From contig NC_086108.1 in assembly GCF_963921235.1 (NCBI RefSeq), positions 95,482,001 to 95,546,000 of the forward strand: a stretch of 64,000 bases of DNA, in the 5' to 3' direction. Within the stretch, counting starts at the first letter, position 1. Each line of letters starts with the position of its first letter. The notes beneath the pieces were generated by a model. The model did not search any database. It saw only the letters and a list, made by a program, of their open reading frames with translations, and was not told the origin of the DNA. The position numbers and the translations under genes are program-made. Of this stretch, positions 36,355 to 49,831 are shown in pieces. Source of the DNA: Mobula hypostoma (taxonomy: Eukaryota).

Positions 36355-39300
36355 AGTAAGTATTCCAAATAATCACAAAGCCAATGGAGGTAAAAAAAAT
36401 TATTTAATAACTTCAGCAATGTTACCTTTTGTGCATGTTGTTTTCAGTCTGTCAATTTTGAAGGTGGTCAAGTGTAACTGTGGTATATAGAAGAATAAAT
36501 TTTTTCACACTTTCAGCGCCTTACCCAAATAATGACGTTTAATTGACATTGGTAGTTGACCTTAACCTCATCAACACATGCCCAAATTCCATCTTTAAAG
36601 CTCTTGTTCACAACAAATCAATTCCCTAAAAAGCAATGCTCAGAATGTCAGGCAGCATCTATGAGGGACAGAGGTAGAGATAGTGAATGGACCAACTGGA
36701 AAAATGGGCTGGAAAATGGCAGATAGAATTTAATACAGACAAGTATGAGGTGTTGCACTTAGAGAGAAGCAGAGATATAGAAGGGACCCACTAGAAAACT
36801 GGTTGAAAAATGGCAGATGGAATTTAATACAAACAAGTGTGAGGTGTTGCACTTTGGGAGAACAAACCAGGGTAGAACTTACATGGTGAGTGGCAGGGCG
36901 CTGAGGAATGTGGTAGAACAGAGGGATCTGAGAATGCAGATCCACAATTCCTTGAAAGTGGCATCACAAGGAGATAGGGCCATAGAGAAAGTTTTTGGCA
37001 CATTGCTAAAGTATTTGGCCTTCAGAAATCAAAGTATTGAATATAAGAGTTGGGATGTTATGTTGATGTTGTATAAGGAGTTGAAGTTGTATGAGAAGTT
37101 GGTGAGCCCTAATACGCAGTATTATGTTCAGTTTTGGTCACTTACCTATTGGAAAGATGGCAATATGATTGAATGAGTGCAGAGAAAACTTACAAGGATG
37201 TTGCCAAGACTTGAGCACCTGAGTTATAGGGGAAGGTTGAACAGGTTAGGACTTTGTTCCTATGGCATAGAAGAATGATGGTAGATTTGGTAGAGGTATA
37301 TAAAATTATGAGGGGTATAGATAGGGTAAAAGCAAGCAGACTTTTTCCACTGAGGTTGGGTGAGACTAGAACTAGAGGTCAAAAGTTAAGGGTGAGAGGT
37401 GAAATGATTAAGGGGAACATGAGAGGGAACTTCGTCACTCAGAGGGTGGTGAGAGTGTGGAACGAGCTGCTAGAGGAAGTGGTGGATGCGGGTTTGATTT
37501 CAACATTTAAGATAAATTTGGATAGGTGCATGGATGGGGGGGCGGGTACGGAGGGCTGTAGTCCGGGTGAAAATCAATGGGACCAGGCAGGTTAACAGTT
37601 CAGCACGGACTAGATGAGCCAGAGAACCTGGCTCTGTGCTGAAGTGTTTTATGATTCTATAAGTAATTAGGAGATAAACAGGAGAACAAATAGGAGAACT
37701 ATGATGTGTGTCTGCGTGGCCATCTGGTTAAGATGCCGCCTGCATACAACGCTTCTCCTGGATAGATCATGAAACCATCTTTTTCACTTCTTTTATGTCT
37801 TTTATGTTTATTTCCCATTTTGAGTGCGATTCTGGAACTATTGAAGCCCATGTTTTGCTGTTTAGAGATTGTTTGGCTGCTTCAGCGCTATGCGGTCTCC
37901 GAGAGGATTCCTGGAGGCAGAGGCAGTGTGAGCGAACCTCATGGCAAGAAGGCTGCAAAAGGGCTCAAACCAATTTTTGACCCCTTTTCGCCGATGATAG
38001 CTTCAACCATTCACCGATTAAAGCGAAGAGGCCAATTGAAACATCAAGGCAAATGTAGAAATTTGGAGATCGTTTGATTGTTCCAGTGCTCTGCAGCCTC
38101 TAAGAAGACTACGGAGGCAGAGGCAGCATGCGTGAACCATTTAGTGGGCAGGCTGCAGGATGGGGCGCAAACAGATGTTTGGCTCCAATTCGCCGACTAT
38201 AGCTTCCAACATTGGGGATGAAGCATCGAAGCGAGTGGAGAGGGTGAAAACCGGCAGCTTGCCTTTCGATCGGTTGCTCTGTACCAGAAAGGGGCGAGCC
38301 TACCGATGCGCCTGAAGAGTGTTGCCCAGCTGTTTTTGTGTCTTGGATGTGGACTTGGACTATAGACCTTTTTTTCCTGTGTTTTTTATCCGATCTTCTT
38401 GGTTTCTTATTGTGTGCCGGGAGAACGATGTGAGGGTCAATGTGCCTTATCCACTTTGCTTGCTTTTTTTGTGTGGGAGGAGGGATTTGGAGGTTGATGT
38501 GCCTGATCTATTTTGTTTGTTTTTTTTGTGCAGGAGGAGATATTTGGGGGTCAATATGCCTGATCTGTTTTGCTTAGTTTTTGTGCAGGAGGAGGGATTT
38601 GGTCAGTCTGGCTATTTTGAAGGTAGTCTAGTGTAACTGTGGTATAGAAGAATAAATTTCTTCACACTTTCAGCGCTTTACCCAAATAATGGCATGTTTA
38701 ACTGACATCGGTAGTTGACCCTAATCTCAACAATACATGCCCAAATTCCACCTTCAAAGCTCTTGTTCCCAACAAATCAATTCCCTAAAGAGCAATGGAG
38801 AACAGTGAAACTGCTCAGCACGTCAGGCAGCATCTGTGAGGGATAGAAGCAGAGATAGAGAAGGGCCCAGCTGGAAAACTGGTTGAAAAATGGCAGATGG
38901 AATTTAATACAGACAAGAGTGAGGTGTTGCACTTTGGGATAAACCAGGGTAGGACTTACATGGTGAGTGGCAGGGTGCCGAGAGGTGTGGTAGAACAGAG
39001 GGATCTGAGAATGCAGATCCTCAATTCTTTGAAAGTGGCATCACAAGGAGATAGAACTGTAAAGAAAGTTTTTGACACATTGATAAAGTTTTTGGCCTTC
39101 ATAAATCAAAGTATTGAGTGTAAGAGTTGGGATGTTATGTTGATGTTGTATAAGAAGTTGAAGTTGTATGAGAATTTGCTGAGTCCTAATTCGGAGTATT
39201 ATGTTCAGCTTTGGTCACTTACCCATTGGAAAGATGGCAATAAGATTGAATGAGTGCAGAGAAAATTTACAAGGATGTTGCCAAGTCTTTAGCACCTGAG

Positions 39301-41070
39301 TTATAAGGAAAGGTTGAACAGGTTAGGACTTCATTCCCTAGAGCATAGAAGAATGATGGCAGATTTGGTAGAGGTATATAAAATTATATAGATAGGGTAA
39401 ATGAAAGCAGGCTTTTTCGACTGAGGTTGGGTGAGACTAGAACAAGAGTGAAATGATTAAGGGGAACATGAGGGGGAACTTCATCACTCAGAGGGTGGTG
39501 AGAGTGTGGAACGAGCTGCTAGAGGAAGTGGTGGATGCTGGTTTGATTTCAACATTTAAGATAAATTTGGATAGGTATATGGATGGGGGGGCGGGTATGG
39601 AGGGCTGTAGTCCTGGTGAAAGTCAATGGGACTAGGCAGATTAACATTTCAGCACGGACTAGATGGGCCAAAGAGCCTGGCTCTGTGCTGAAGTGTTTTA
39701 TGATTCTATAAGTAAATAGGAGATAAACAGGAAAACAAATAGGAGAACTATGATGTGTGTATGCATGGTCATCTGGTTAAGATGCTGCCAGCGTACAACG
39801 CTCCGTTGGTGTCTACATCTTCTGGATAGATCATGAAACCATCTTTTTCACTTCTTTTATGTCTTTTATGTTTATTTCTCATTTTGAGTGTGATTCTGAA
39901 ACTATTGAAGCTTGCATTTTGCTGTTTGGAGATTGTTTGGGTGCTTCAGTGCTCTGCAGTCTCTGAGAGGATTCCTGGAGGCCAAGGCAGCACGAGCAAA
40001 CCTTGTGGCGAGAGGCACTCGAGCCAATGTTTGACCCCATTTCGCCGACAATAGCTTCAACAAGTGACGAGGGCGATTGAAACATCAAGGTGAATGCTTA
40101 AGTTTGGAGATCATTTGGGTATTCCTGCGCTCTGCCGTCTCTAAGACTCCGGGAGGTAGAGGCAGTGTGCATGAACCTTGCAGTGGGCAGGCTGCAGGAC
40201 AAGGCAGAAGCCAATGTTTGGCTCTATTTCACTGATTATAGCTACCAATGTTCTTGATTAAAGTGATGAGATAGATTGAAGCATCCAAGTGAACGCAGAG
40301 GGTGAACGCCGGCTGCTTGCCAATGTGCCCAGAGAGCATTGCCCAGCTCTTTCTGCATTTTGGATGTGGACTTGGACTACAGACTTTTTTTCAGTCTTAC
40401 AGTTTTTATCTTCTGTGTTTTTCACTTGATCTTCTCATTTTCTTTCTGTGTGCCAGGAGTGGGTTTTGGAGATTGATGTGCCTGATCTATTTTGTTTGTT
40501 TTTTTTGTGCGGGTGGAGGTATTTGGGGGTTGATGTGCCTAATCCACTTTGCTTGGTTTTTGTGCAGGAGGGAGGATTTGGAGATTGTTGTGCCTGGTTC
40601 GTTTTTGTTTTTTTTGTGTGGGGAAGTGAGTTTTGGGGGTTGCTGCCTTTGTTTTCTTTCTAAGTTTCATGGCTATCCAGAGAATCAAAGAATTTCAGAG
40701 TTGTATACTTTGATAATAAATGAACTTTTGAACCTTTGACCCTTTTGACCTTTGCTTTAAACTTCAATAAACCTTCCAATTATCTACAAAGCCGATGAGG
40801 GTAAAATTTTATTTCATAACTTTAACAAAGTCACGTCTTGTGCATGTTGCTTTCGGTCTGAATTGTCTGAAGGTAGTATAAAAGAATAAATTCCTTCACA
40901 CTTTCAGTACCTCAATCTAATAATGGTTTGTTTGATTGAACTTGGTAGTTGACCCTAACCTCATTAACACACGTTCAAATTTCACCTTTAAAATTCTTGT
41001 TTGCAACAAATCAATTGCCTTAAGAGAAATGGAGAATAGTGAAAATCCTAAGCATGTCAGGTAGCATCTG
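36355..41070 (+). repeat. Local tandem duplication of a ~2.2-kb unit: two copies plus a third copy of the unique head
   Basis: Head GAAGG..AGAATAAATT..CACACTTTCAG..GGTAGTTGACC..AACAAATCAATT at ~36460, ~38618 and ~40869; CR1 fragments 36690-37660 and 38865-39708 share private indels and downstream flank. Confidence 0.9.
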
Positions 41071-41161
41071 GAGAAAGAGAAAGAAAATGAGATAATGCTT
41101 CAGGTTGATGACCTTTCCTTGAGGCTAGGGAAGTTTAGAAATTAAGCAGTTGTGCAGAGGG

Positions 41162-41410
41162 CATCAGCATCATCATCATTATGTGCCCTGTTGTATAATG
41201 TAGGCGATCATGGTCTCCACGACCGTGAGTGTTCTTGGCAAATTTTTCTACAGAAGTGACTTGCCATTGCCTTCTTCTGGGCAGTGTCTTTACAAGATGG
41301 GTGACCCCAGCCATTATCAATACTCTTCAGAGAATGTCTGCCTGGTGTCAGTGTTTGCATAACCAGGACTTGTGATATGCACCAGCTGCTCATACGACCA
41401 TCCTCCATGG
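41162..41410 (-). mobile_element. RTE-related SINE/LINE 3' end
   Basis: Minus strand GGCAATGGCAAGTCACTTCTGTAGAAAAATTTGCCAAG..(ATG)n tail. Confidence 0.55.
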
Positions 41411-42134
41411 CTACACCTGACCTACTTAAGAAACTCAGCAGTCGGCAAAACCTAGCAAAGAGCAACCAGCAATCCTGAGACCTGCACTTTTGTGTCAGAA
41501 CCCTGAATGGTGCATGTACACAGTAAAACTACCAGTTTAGCTTGGAGTTATCATGATCCAGCAAGTTTCAGCCACTGTTGCTGGTACATAAAAGCAGTAT
41601 ACGACTGAAAATAATTCCTGCTACAAAAAAAATCATACTACTGCACTGCAGTTACTTGCACCTGCTAGTCATAAATCACTATCTTTATTAATGTTTCACC
41701 TGACACCAGGAATAAACTAAGTAGTGTATACCTCACTAAACTTTAAAACCAGTATTCACGTAATTTTCTTGTACAGAAATTGCTAATCTACAAGTGCTGG
41801 TCTATCATACTTTACAGCTAACATATTAAAATACATTTACCAAAATATCAATTTCATAATTAAGGATGCCAATATTGATAAAAGATTAAATCAATCTGAT
41901 TCATTTTTAAACAAGAATACTTTTTCAAACGATATTGCCCGTGTTAACTGAACAACTACTCCCACTACAGGTGGTTAAACAGCAATTTAGGTACAAGGTA
42001 GCTAATTGTGATAGCATAATAATCAAATTAGCTTACAGTGGAACAAACTATAAAATATATGTAAATAAAAAGCAGACTTGTGGAGAAAGGCAACTGATGA
42101 GAAGAACAGATGAGTGAATTTTTCATATTCAAGT

Positions 42135-42415
42135 TATTTATTTAGTGATACGTGGGGAGTAGGCCCTTCCAGCCCTTTAAACCTCGCTGCCCCAGCAATC
42201 CCCAGCAACCCCAATTTCACCTTAATCAAATCACGGGACAATTTACAATCCAGTTAGTCTACTTGGTACATCTTTGGTCTGTGGGGAGAAACCAGAACAA
42301 CACGCATTCCACGGGAGGATACGCAGAGACTCTTTACAGAGGACGCTGGAAATGAATTCCAAACTCCGATGCCCTAAGCTGTAACAGCATTGTGTTAACC
42401 ACTACACTATCGCGG
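42135..42415 (-). mobile_element. V-SINE-like SINE
   Basis: Homologous to 23010-23296. Confidence 0.7.
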
Positions 42416-43499
42416 CTGTGCTTAGGTTTAAAATTTCAATTAAATCTAAATTGCATTCAGTAAATTCAGTAGAGAGAGCCAACCACTAAAGTCCATGGGG
42501 CTTCCACAGTTCAACATGTACAATTATAAAGCTATTAGAATAAGAACATTTTATGCTATCAAATTGAAGTTATAAACAAAATCTAGGATTAAAAAAACTG
42601 TGCACTTCAAAAGGTTTCATTCAAGCTCAGGTTTACTCTTAATTCTTTCATCACTATACTTTCCTTAACCCTTAAGCTATTTGAGAGCCATTATCGATCA
42701 AGTAAACAGTTCTTTGAACTATTTTCAACTCATTAACACTTTTCCTCAAATAAAACCAATACTGTACATGTGGTGTCATGAATGCTTCATATAAATGAAG
42801 TATAGTCCACTACTCTTGTATTCAGTTCCTGCAGCAATAAATTATAACATGATGGCTTTTTAAATTACTTTCTGTAGTTGCATGCTAGACTTTCGCAAAA
42901 CATTCACTCAGACATTGAAATTCCTTTGCAGCTCAGAATTCTTCAATTTCTCATCATTTATTTCCCCCCCAAAATGAACATCTTCATTATACATCATTTA
43001 ACAATATTTTCCCCTTCACTTCATGCTATCCAAAAGAGGAAAATGATGGAAATATACTGCAGATTTGAGGAAAAACAAATGGATTTAACATTTCAGGTTG
43101 AAAATTGTTAACAAGACCTGGGAAAAGAGAGCAAACCAAGTTGAAAATTGTTCACAAGGACTGGAAAAAGAAAGCAAACAGGCTGTTTATAATTTGTACT
43201 GAGGATGCTGGATGGACGGACAGCATAAGAAGGAATACCTTTAATAGAATGAGATCTGGCTTTCCCCTTGGATAAGATGTAGACAGACAGTCATGGGAGA
43301 ATGAACAAAGGAGCGTAAAACCAGTGAACTGATATAGTCAGAAAGAGAGAACAAAAAGGAGCATAAAGTTGCAAAATGCAGGACTGTACAACATATCCGG
43401 CAGACAAGCAGATCTCATGGGGAGAGAGAAAAATGGAGCAAGGATGCCTTACTGCAGAAATGGGTAGTTCTGCCTTAAGCAGAAGTGAATTAACAGAAA

Positions 43500-44100
43500 T
43501 TGCAGAAGGCTATGTTGAATCTGGAAGGATGGACGGTGATGTGCTGCTCTTCAGCTTACACTTGGGCATCATTAGGAGACCAGAGATGGCCAAGTCAGAT
43601 TGGGAGAGGGATAGAAAATTAAAGTGAAAGCTCGGGGCTGTCACTACCGACTGACAGTAAATGCAAATCTGCTTTAGGTTTCTTCACTGAGATCATGAGT
43701 GGTGAGTGCACTAGAGTACAATGGAAGAGTAAGTGGATTGCTGCTTTGAAGCACTCCTTGGGTCTCTGGAAGGAGGGAAGGGAAGAGGTGAAAGTACAGG
43801 TGCTTCATCTCCTGCAGTTGCATTAGATGGTAGTGGTTAATGGAGACTGAAAAACAGAACAGGGAGGTGCAAAGGAAATGGACCCTTCACAACACTGAAG
43901 GGAGAGAGAGGAAGATATGTATGGTGATAGAATCTTGTAGAAGATGGCAGAAATTATGAAGGATAATTGATAAAATGTGGAGACTAGTGGGTGGAACGTG
44001 ACAAGCAAGGAGACTCTATTCTTGTTCCAACAGAAAAGGGGGATGAGAACACATATCTGTTAAAGAGGTGAGATGCTGTCAATGGCCCTGTCACCTATGT
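43500..44100 (-). mobile_element. Ancient Penelope remnant
   Basis: Colinear degenerate similarity to the GIY-YIG region 55560-56250. Confidence 0.5.
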
Positions 44101-44569
44101 ACAACTGCTTCCAAAATATTTTTACGTTCCTTACTGCTAGCTTAAATTAGGTGTGTCCATAAAATTACTTATATCTCTGGATCAAATCAAAATCATATCA
44201 GAGTTTCAAGAACTGCATCTGTTGGTTATTGAAGGGGATCCCAGAACTGAACTGCATATTTAAGGACACAAGTATTAACTTTTTATAAATATAAGATGTG
44301 CTTAAATTTGAATAAAAAACAGATAAATGTCCATCAATATATATAGAAAATAATAGTTATATATGATTTTTAAAATCATTTTTAGTTATTTAAAATCTTG
44401 TTACTTACAAATGATTGATGAGTTAAGAGTGTATATTTTATAGCATCTTACTGTCCTTATATTAATAAAGCTGCACAAGGTTATGACTGGTAAATGCATG
44501 AGGATTTTGCTAAAAATTACGTTCTAAAAATTCAAAGGTATGTAAATGAATTCAATTGTCACTTTATTA

Positions 44570-44940
44570 GAGAGGTGACCTGAGAGAGGGGTATAAGATG
44601 ATGAGAGGCATTGATCGTGTGGATAGCCAGAGGCTTTTTCCCAGGGCTGAAATGGCTAAAACAAGGGGGCACAGTTTTGAAGTGATTGGGAAAAGGTACA
44701 AAGGGAATGTCAGAGGCAAGTTTTTCACACAGAGAGTGGTGGATGCGTGGAATGCACTGCCAGCGATGGTGATGGAGTGGATACAAAAGGGTCTTTTAAG
44801 AGACTCTCAGATAGGTACGTGGAGCTCAGAAAAATAGAGGGCTATGTGGTAGGGTAATTCTAGGCAGTTTCTAGAGTAGGTTACATGGTCAGCACAACAT
44901 TGTTTGTTGAAGAGCCTGTAATGTGCTGTAGATTTCTATT
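44570..44940 (+). mobile_element. CR1 3' fragment
   Basis: ORF 44598..44837 (RGIDRVDSQRLFP..FFTQRVVDAWNALP). Confidence 0.88.
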
Positions 44941-46441
44941 AACTTTATATTAACTATTTTGGAGTTAAAACTAAAGCAACTTTATTTCTACTTGCAAAAC
45001 TGGCCCAATTTTGAGCTTATTTGCACCTGGATCACCAATGGAGCTCGAAGTGGAAATTCTTGGCCCTTAACTATTAGTTAAATGATTTAAAGAATTGTGG
45101 TTATAATTTACTTAAATGCAAATAGCGTAGACATCTAATATGTTGAAATTACATAAAAATAAGTTATTACAGAAACTGGAGGCGCAAGAGAGATTGCAGA
45201 TGCTGGGATCTGGCAAAAAAAACAGTACAGGAGGAACTCAGTGGGTTCTTTGGTTCTTATTGCAGGGTCATGACCTGAAACATTAACCATGCTTTTGCCC
45301 TTATAGATGCTGTTTGACCTGTCAAGTTCCTCCAGTAGTTTGTTTTCTTACAAATGGAACACATTACCCACCTTACCCACAAACAAGTTGGCAAAATTAA
45401 TTGTTGCTAATTTAACTTGATTAACAAAACGCTTCATCTGTAAACTCTTCAAATTGTACAAATAAGTTACTTTTATTATAGTCAAATTAAGTTACAAAAT
45501 CTGATTATATCCAGCCCCAAAGAAACTCTCTGCAGCTGGCTTTACTTCAAATGAATAAACTTTTATATCTGATTGTCAGCTGCCAACCACCAAAGATAAG
45601 GAAATACAAATAATTTGTCAGCATTGGACTGAATATATTGATCATAAAGGCATAAAAATGGACATAAGAAAAATAACAGTCAGGAGAATGGAATCCATTA
45701 TTTTTAATATTAATAGATTTCATTTCTCATTTTCCACTTTCCACAAATAATTCCACAACCACTCCCAGAAAAATTTTTAGGTATGTTATATTGCAAAAAG
45801 ATTGCACCTTCAGAAACTGAAATATTGGGAAGAAAAAAGGTGCACGTTCAACTTTATACCAATGTCATATTATAAAACTAGAAAGAACTACAAGTAATTA
45901 ACATAAGTCAGATGGTAAGGTTTTGCAAAAGGGTTTGTAAAGCCAGTTACATGCACAAATGATCTTCTGACCCAAACCTCTCCTATGTAAACAGGGAAAA
46001 GAAAGCTGCACTTCTTCCCACGCCTGGTGATAACAGGTAGAAATTTACAATTATTTGCATGATTTACAGGAAACTGTAATAGTTTATTAAGTCAGGTCTT
46101 CAGATAAAAACAGCCAACTCTGCAACTTTTAGGAACTGAAAATACCTTAATTTCAATTAAGTGCAGTATATATCCAACTTTCTTGCAAGATCTTAATTAA
46201 AATTTAAAAGAGATTTATAAACTTCATATTTTACTCAGAACTATTACATTAAGATTTAATTACTGTTTACTTTTTAAAATGTAACCTATTACTTATTGTT
46301 CATCTATTATGATGGGTTGGTAGAATGGATACAAATTAGCTTAGTCATAGAAGACAGAGGAAAGTTGAGGAGGAGAGTTATTCTGACTGGAAGTGGTGTT
46401 TCACCTGGATCTGTGCTCAGACCTCTTTTGTTTGTCATATA

Positions 46442-47010
46442 CACTCAGTAGTCATTTTATTAGGTACCTGCCGTACCTAATAAAGTGGCCACTGAGTGTA
46501 AATTCATAGTTTACTGCTGCTGTAGCCCATCCACCTCAAGGTTTGACATGTTATGCGTCCAGAGCTCTCTTCTGCACACTACTGCTCCAATGCATGGTTA
46601 TTTTGAATTACTGTTACCTTTCTGTCAGCTTGAACTGGTCTGTTCATTCTCCTCTGACCTCTCTCATTAACAAGGCATTTTCATCCACAGACTTGTCACT
46701 CATTAGATGTTTATTGTTTTTCAAACCATTCTGGGTAAACTCTTGAGACTGTTGTACATGAAAATCCCAGGAGATCAGCAGTTTCTGAAATACCCAAACC
46801 ACCCTGTCTGGCACCAATAATTATTCCACTGTCAAAGCCACTTAGATCACATTTCTTCTCCTTTCTGGTGTTTGGTCTGAACAATAACTGAACCTCTTGA
46901 CCATGTCTGCATGCTTTTATGCATTGAGTTGCTGCCATATGATTGGCTGATTAGATATACGCATTAACGAACAGTTGTACAGGTGTACCTAGTACAGTGG
47001 CCACTAAGTG
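46442..47010 (-). mobile_element. Non-autonomous Tc1 with a double-TIR hairpin end (46442-46498)
   Basis: ORF 46711..46938 (KKCDLSGFDSGIIIGARQGGLGISETADLLGFSCTTVSRVY), a Tc1 HTH; three TIR copies; TA flanks. Confidence 0.88.
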
Positions 47011-47699
47011 TATATGATTTAGGTATTGTGCAGAAGTGGGCTGGCTGTTTAACCATCTACACAAGATTCATGCTGGATTTTTGTGGACTTGCTGATGAAC
47101 TGACTGACTCCTTACACTTTCACTGAATTTGCTGGTATTATGCTCATGATTCAAGCTCTTTAATTGCTATTCCTTTCAGTCAGCTTATGTACGGGCACTC
47201 CTGTGCCTAGTATCACTTTATGGACATACAATCAATCTGGGTATATAAGCTATTTCATGTATTTATATTTATTGTCTGTTTATTTTAGTGCATTTTTGAG
47301 CTGTATCTGATCCAGAGAAACAATTATTTTGTTCTCTTTAATACTTGTGTACTGGAAATGACATTAAACAATCTTGAATCTTAGCTGGTGTAATGTATTT
47401 AATGAACTTCATTGTTTAGATAGTTTGAATTAGTTACATCAACTTTAATAGTTTAAATATCTTTGAACATCAACGATATTTTAAAACACTTCAATCCCTC
47501 GGTGCCTTCGCAAAACCATGCTTGATCTCTCCAGTACCCTGAGACACAGTTGGATTCTACCTAGGCACATGTAGCATGTCAGTTTGGATATGGACGTCTG
47601 AAGGTAGTGTGCTGAATCTAGCACAGTTCAGTTCATTAGTCAAATTCAAGTCTAACTATGTTAAGAGTAATGTCATTTGAAAATTATTTTATTTCCCAG

Positions 47700-48330
47700 C
47701 AGCAAAGGCAGGTAATGCAGTTAAAAAGCCATATGGGATTATTGGCCTTCGTTGGTCAGAGTTGAATACAAGAGCAGGGAGATAATGCCCCAATTTTGGT
47801 CAAACCTCAGCTGCTTTTACAACATGCAGTTCTGGTCATGACACTATAGGAAGGATGTGACAATGCTGGAGAAGGGAAGAGAGGTGCACAAGGACGTTGC
47901 CTGAGATGGAGCAGTTCTGTTATGAGGAGACACTGTAGAAGCGAGATCCGTTTTCCCTAGAACAGAGGACGTTAAATGGGAGCATGACTAAGGTATATAA
48001 AATTGAGAGGCAGAGATAGAGAAGGCAGCAGGGAACCCCATATCAAAGGTAGATGAAAGAAAAGGATGTGGATTTGGGGTAAAGAGTAAGAGGTAAAAGA
48101 TTTAAAGGGAACGTGAAGGAGGATCTTTTTCTACCCAGAGCAACATGTGGAATACACTGCCTGAGAGCAGTGGAAGCAGAGTCACTAATGGAATTTAACA
48201 AATATCTAGATAAGTATTTGAAATACCTAGGTAGAGAAGGATAATGGGCTAGGTACTGGAACATGGGTTAGTACAGTTGGGTATACACTGGTTGGCGTGG
48301 ACACAAATGGCCTGTTTCCATGCTATATAA
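47700..48330 (+). mobile_element. Old CR1 3' fragment
   Basis: Degenerate CR1 motifs (GCAGTTCTGGTC..TATAGGAAGGATGTG). Confidence 0.65.
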
Positions 48331-48792
48331 CCAGATTTTATTTCTATATATTAACCATATTTAACAAATTTATCAAAATGCATACTTTATATTTGTCAGT
48401 GACATCACATACAAGAAGTTAAGGCCAAAATAGTGAGGCCTGGACTTAACTGAAGCAGGCAGTGCAGTCATATTTTGGAATTTTAGAATGATATATTCCA
48501 TTCAGATAGTTTCATTGTGCAGATTCCTGGGTCTTTATTTATAATAAGAGCTGTCTATCATAACCTCCAATTGTGAAAGTATATCTTCTGTGAATGGTGG
48601 TCAAACAGTCTGGAAATGAGCTTGTGATTAGTTTAGAATTAGGTTGCATTTGTTCCTTTATTAAAAAGATGACCTCAAAAATAAGTTCATAACTTAAATC
48701 TAAGGCCATGCAATCTAAAAGAATGAACAAGAATATGTTTGTATCTGGTTGTGAAACACCAAATGAGCAAACAACTAAATTTTTTTCCCTAG

Positions 48793-49015
48793 CAACACAC
48801 ACAGAATGCTGGAGGAACTCAGCAGGCCAGGCAGCATCTATGAAAAAGAGTAAACAGTCGATGTTTCGGGCTGAGACCCTTTAGCAGGACTCAGGTCTCA
48901 GCATGAAACGTTGACTCTTTACTCTTCTCCATAGATGTTTCCTGGCCTGCTGAGTTCCTTCAGCATTTTGTGTGTGTTACTTAGGTTTCCAGCATCAGCA
49001 GATTTTCTCTTGTTT
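48793..49015. mobile_element. Inverted pair of Penelope termini forming a hairpin with ~86-bp arms
   Basis: Arms 48793-48878 and 48894-48979; imperfect direct repeat TAAATTTT(T/C)TTCC on both flanks. Confidence 0.8.
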
Positions 49016-49831
49016 ATAAATTTTCTTCCTCTTCATTTCATTTGTACAATGACAGCTGTCAGTCATTTTTGTGAGCACAGAATATGAAATCATTTTCAAA
49101 ACGGCACAATGACAGGTGAGAATCTACAGCAGTAAGTGATAGCTCTATCAAGATTCAGCAATGAAAAAATGCTCACCTGTACAAACTGCAAAGATAATAT
49201 TCATAAACTTTATTATAGTTGTAATACTTTCTCAAGCAATAATCAAATTAACAATATTTAGCTACATAAACATGTGCAGTTTCTCTCAGCAGCTGGATGA
49301 AGTTAAGCCACTGAAGCCATCAAACAGGTAGATAAGTGAGTGTTCTACAGTATTTTATTTATATACTAAACAAGATATTAAGTCTGACTAGAACATTTAG
49401 CAAATACTGTACAGAACTAGACTGTTATTAAAAGTGGCTTGATAATATAGACACATCTTTGCTGCTGAAAATATGCCTGCAACTGATCAACTTTATTACT
49501 GTTTTAGCTTTTTATTGTCATTTAATTTCACGGGTGGTCTATGGAAGCCCTGCAACCTGTCACAATTATAGTTAATGCTCCGTCTACTCTTATATCTGAG
49601 TGTCTCTGTAATATGCACCTTACCTGCATTATGGCCTGATATGGGAACACCAATGCCTTTGAGCAGAATATCCTACAAAAGGTAGTTTATTCGACTCAGT
49701 ATATCATGGGTAAAATCCTTCCAACCATTGAGCAAATCTATATGAAATGTTGTATAGAAAAGCAGCATCCATCATCAAAGATCCTCACCACCTAGGCCAT
49801 GCTCCTTTCTGACTGCTACCATCAGGTACAG

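Noticed and set aside
43097..43182. ~43-bp tandem duplication
   Set aside because: Two diverged copies without spacers; ordinary slippage, not CRISPR-like
48539..48802. 87-aa minus-strand ORF with a good acceptor
   Set aside because: Weak donor, start lies in a repeat, no recognisable homology
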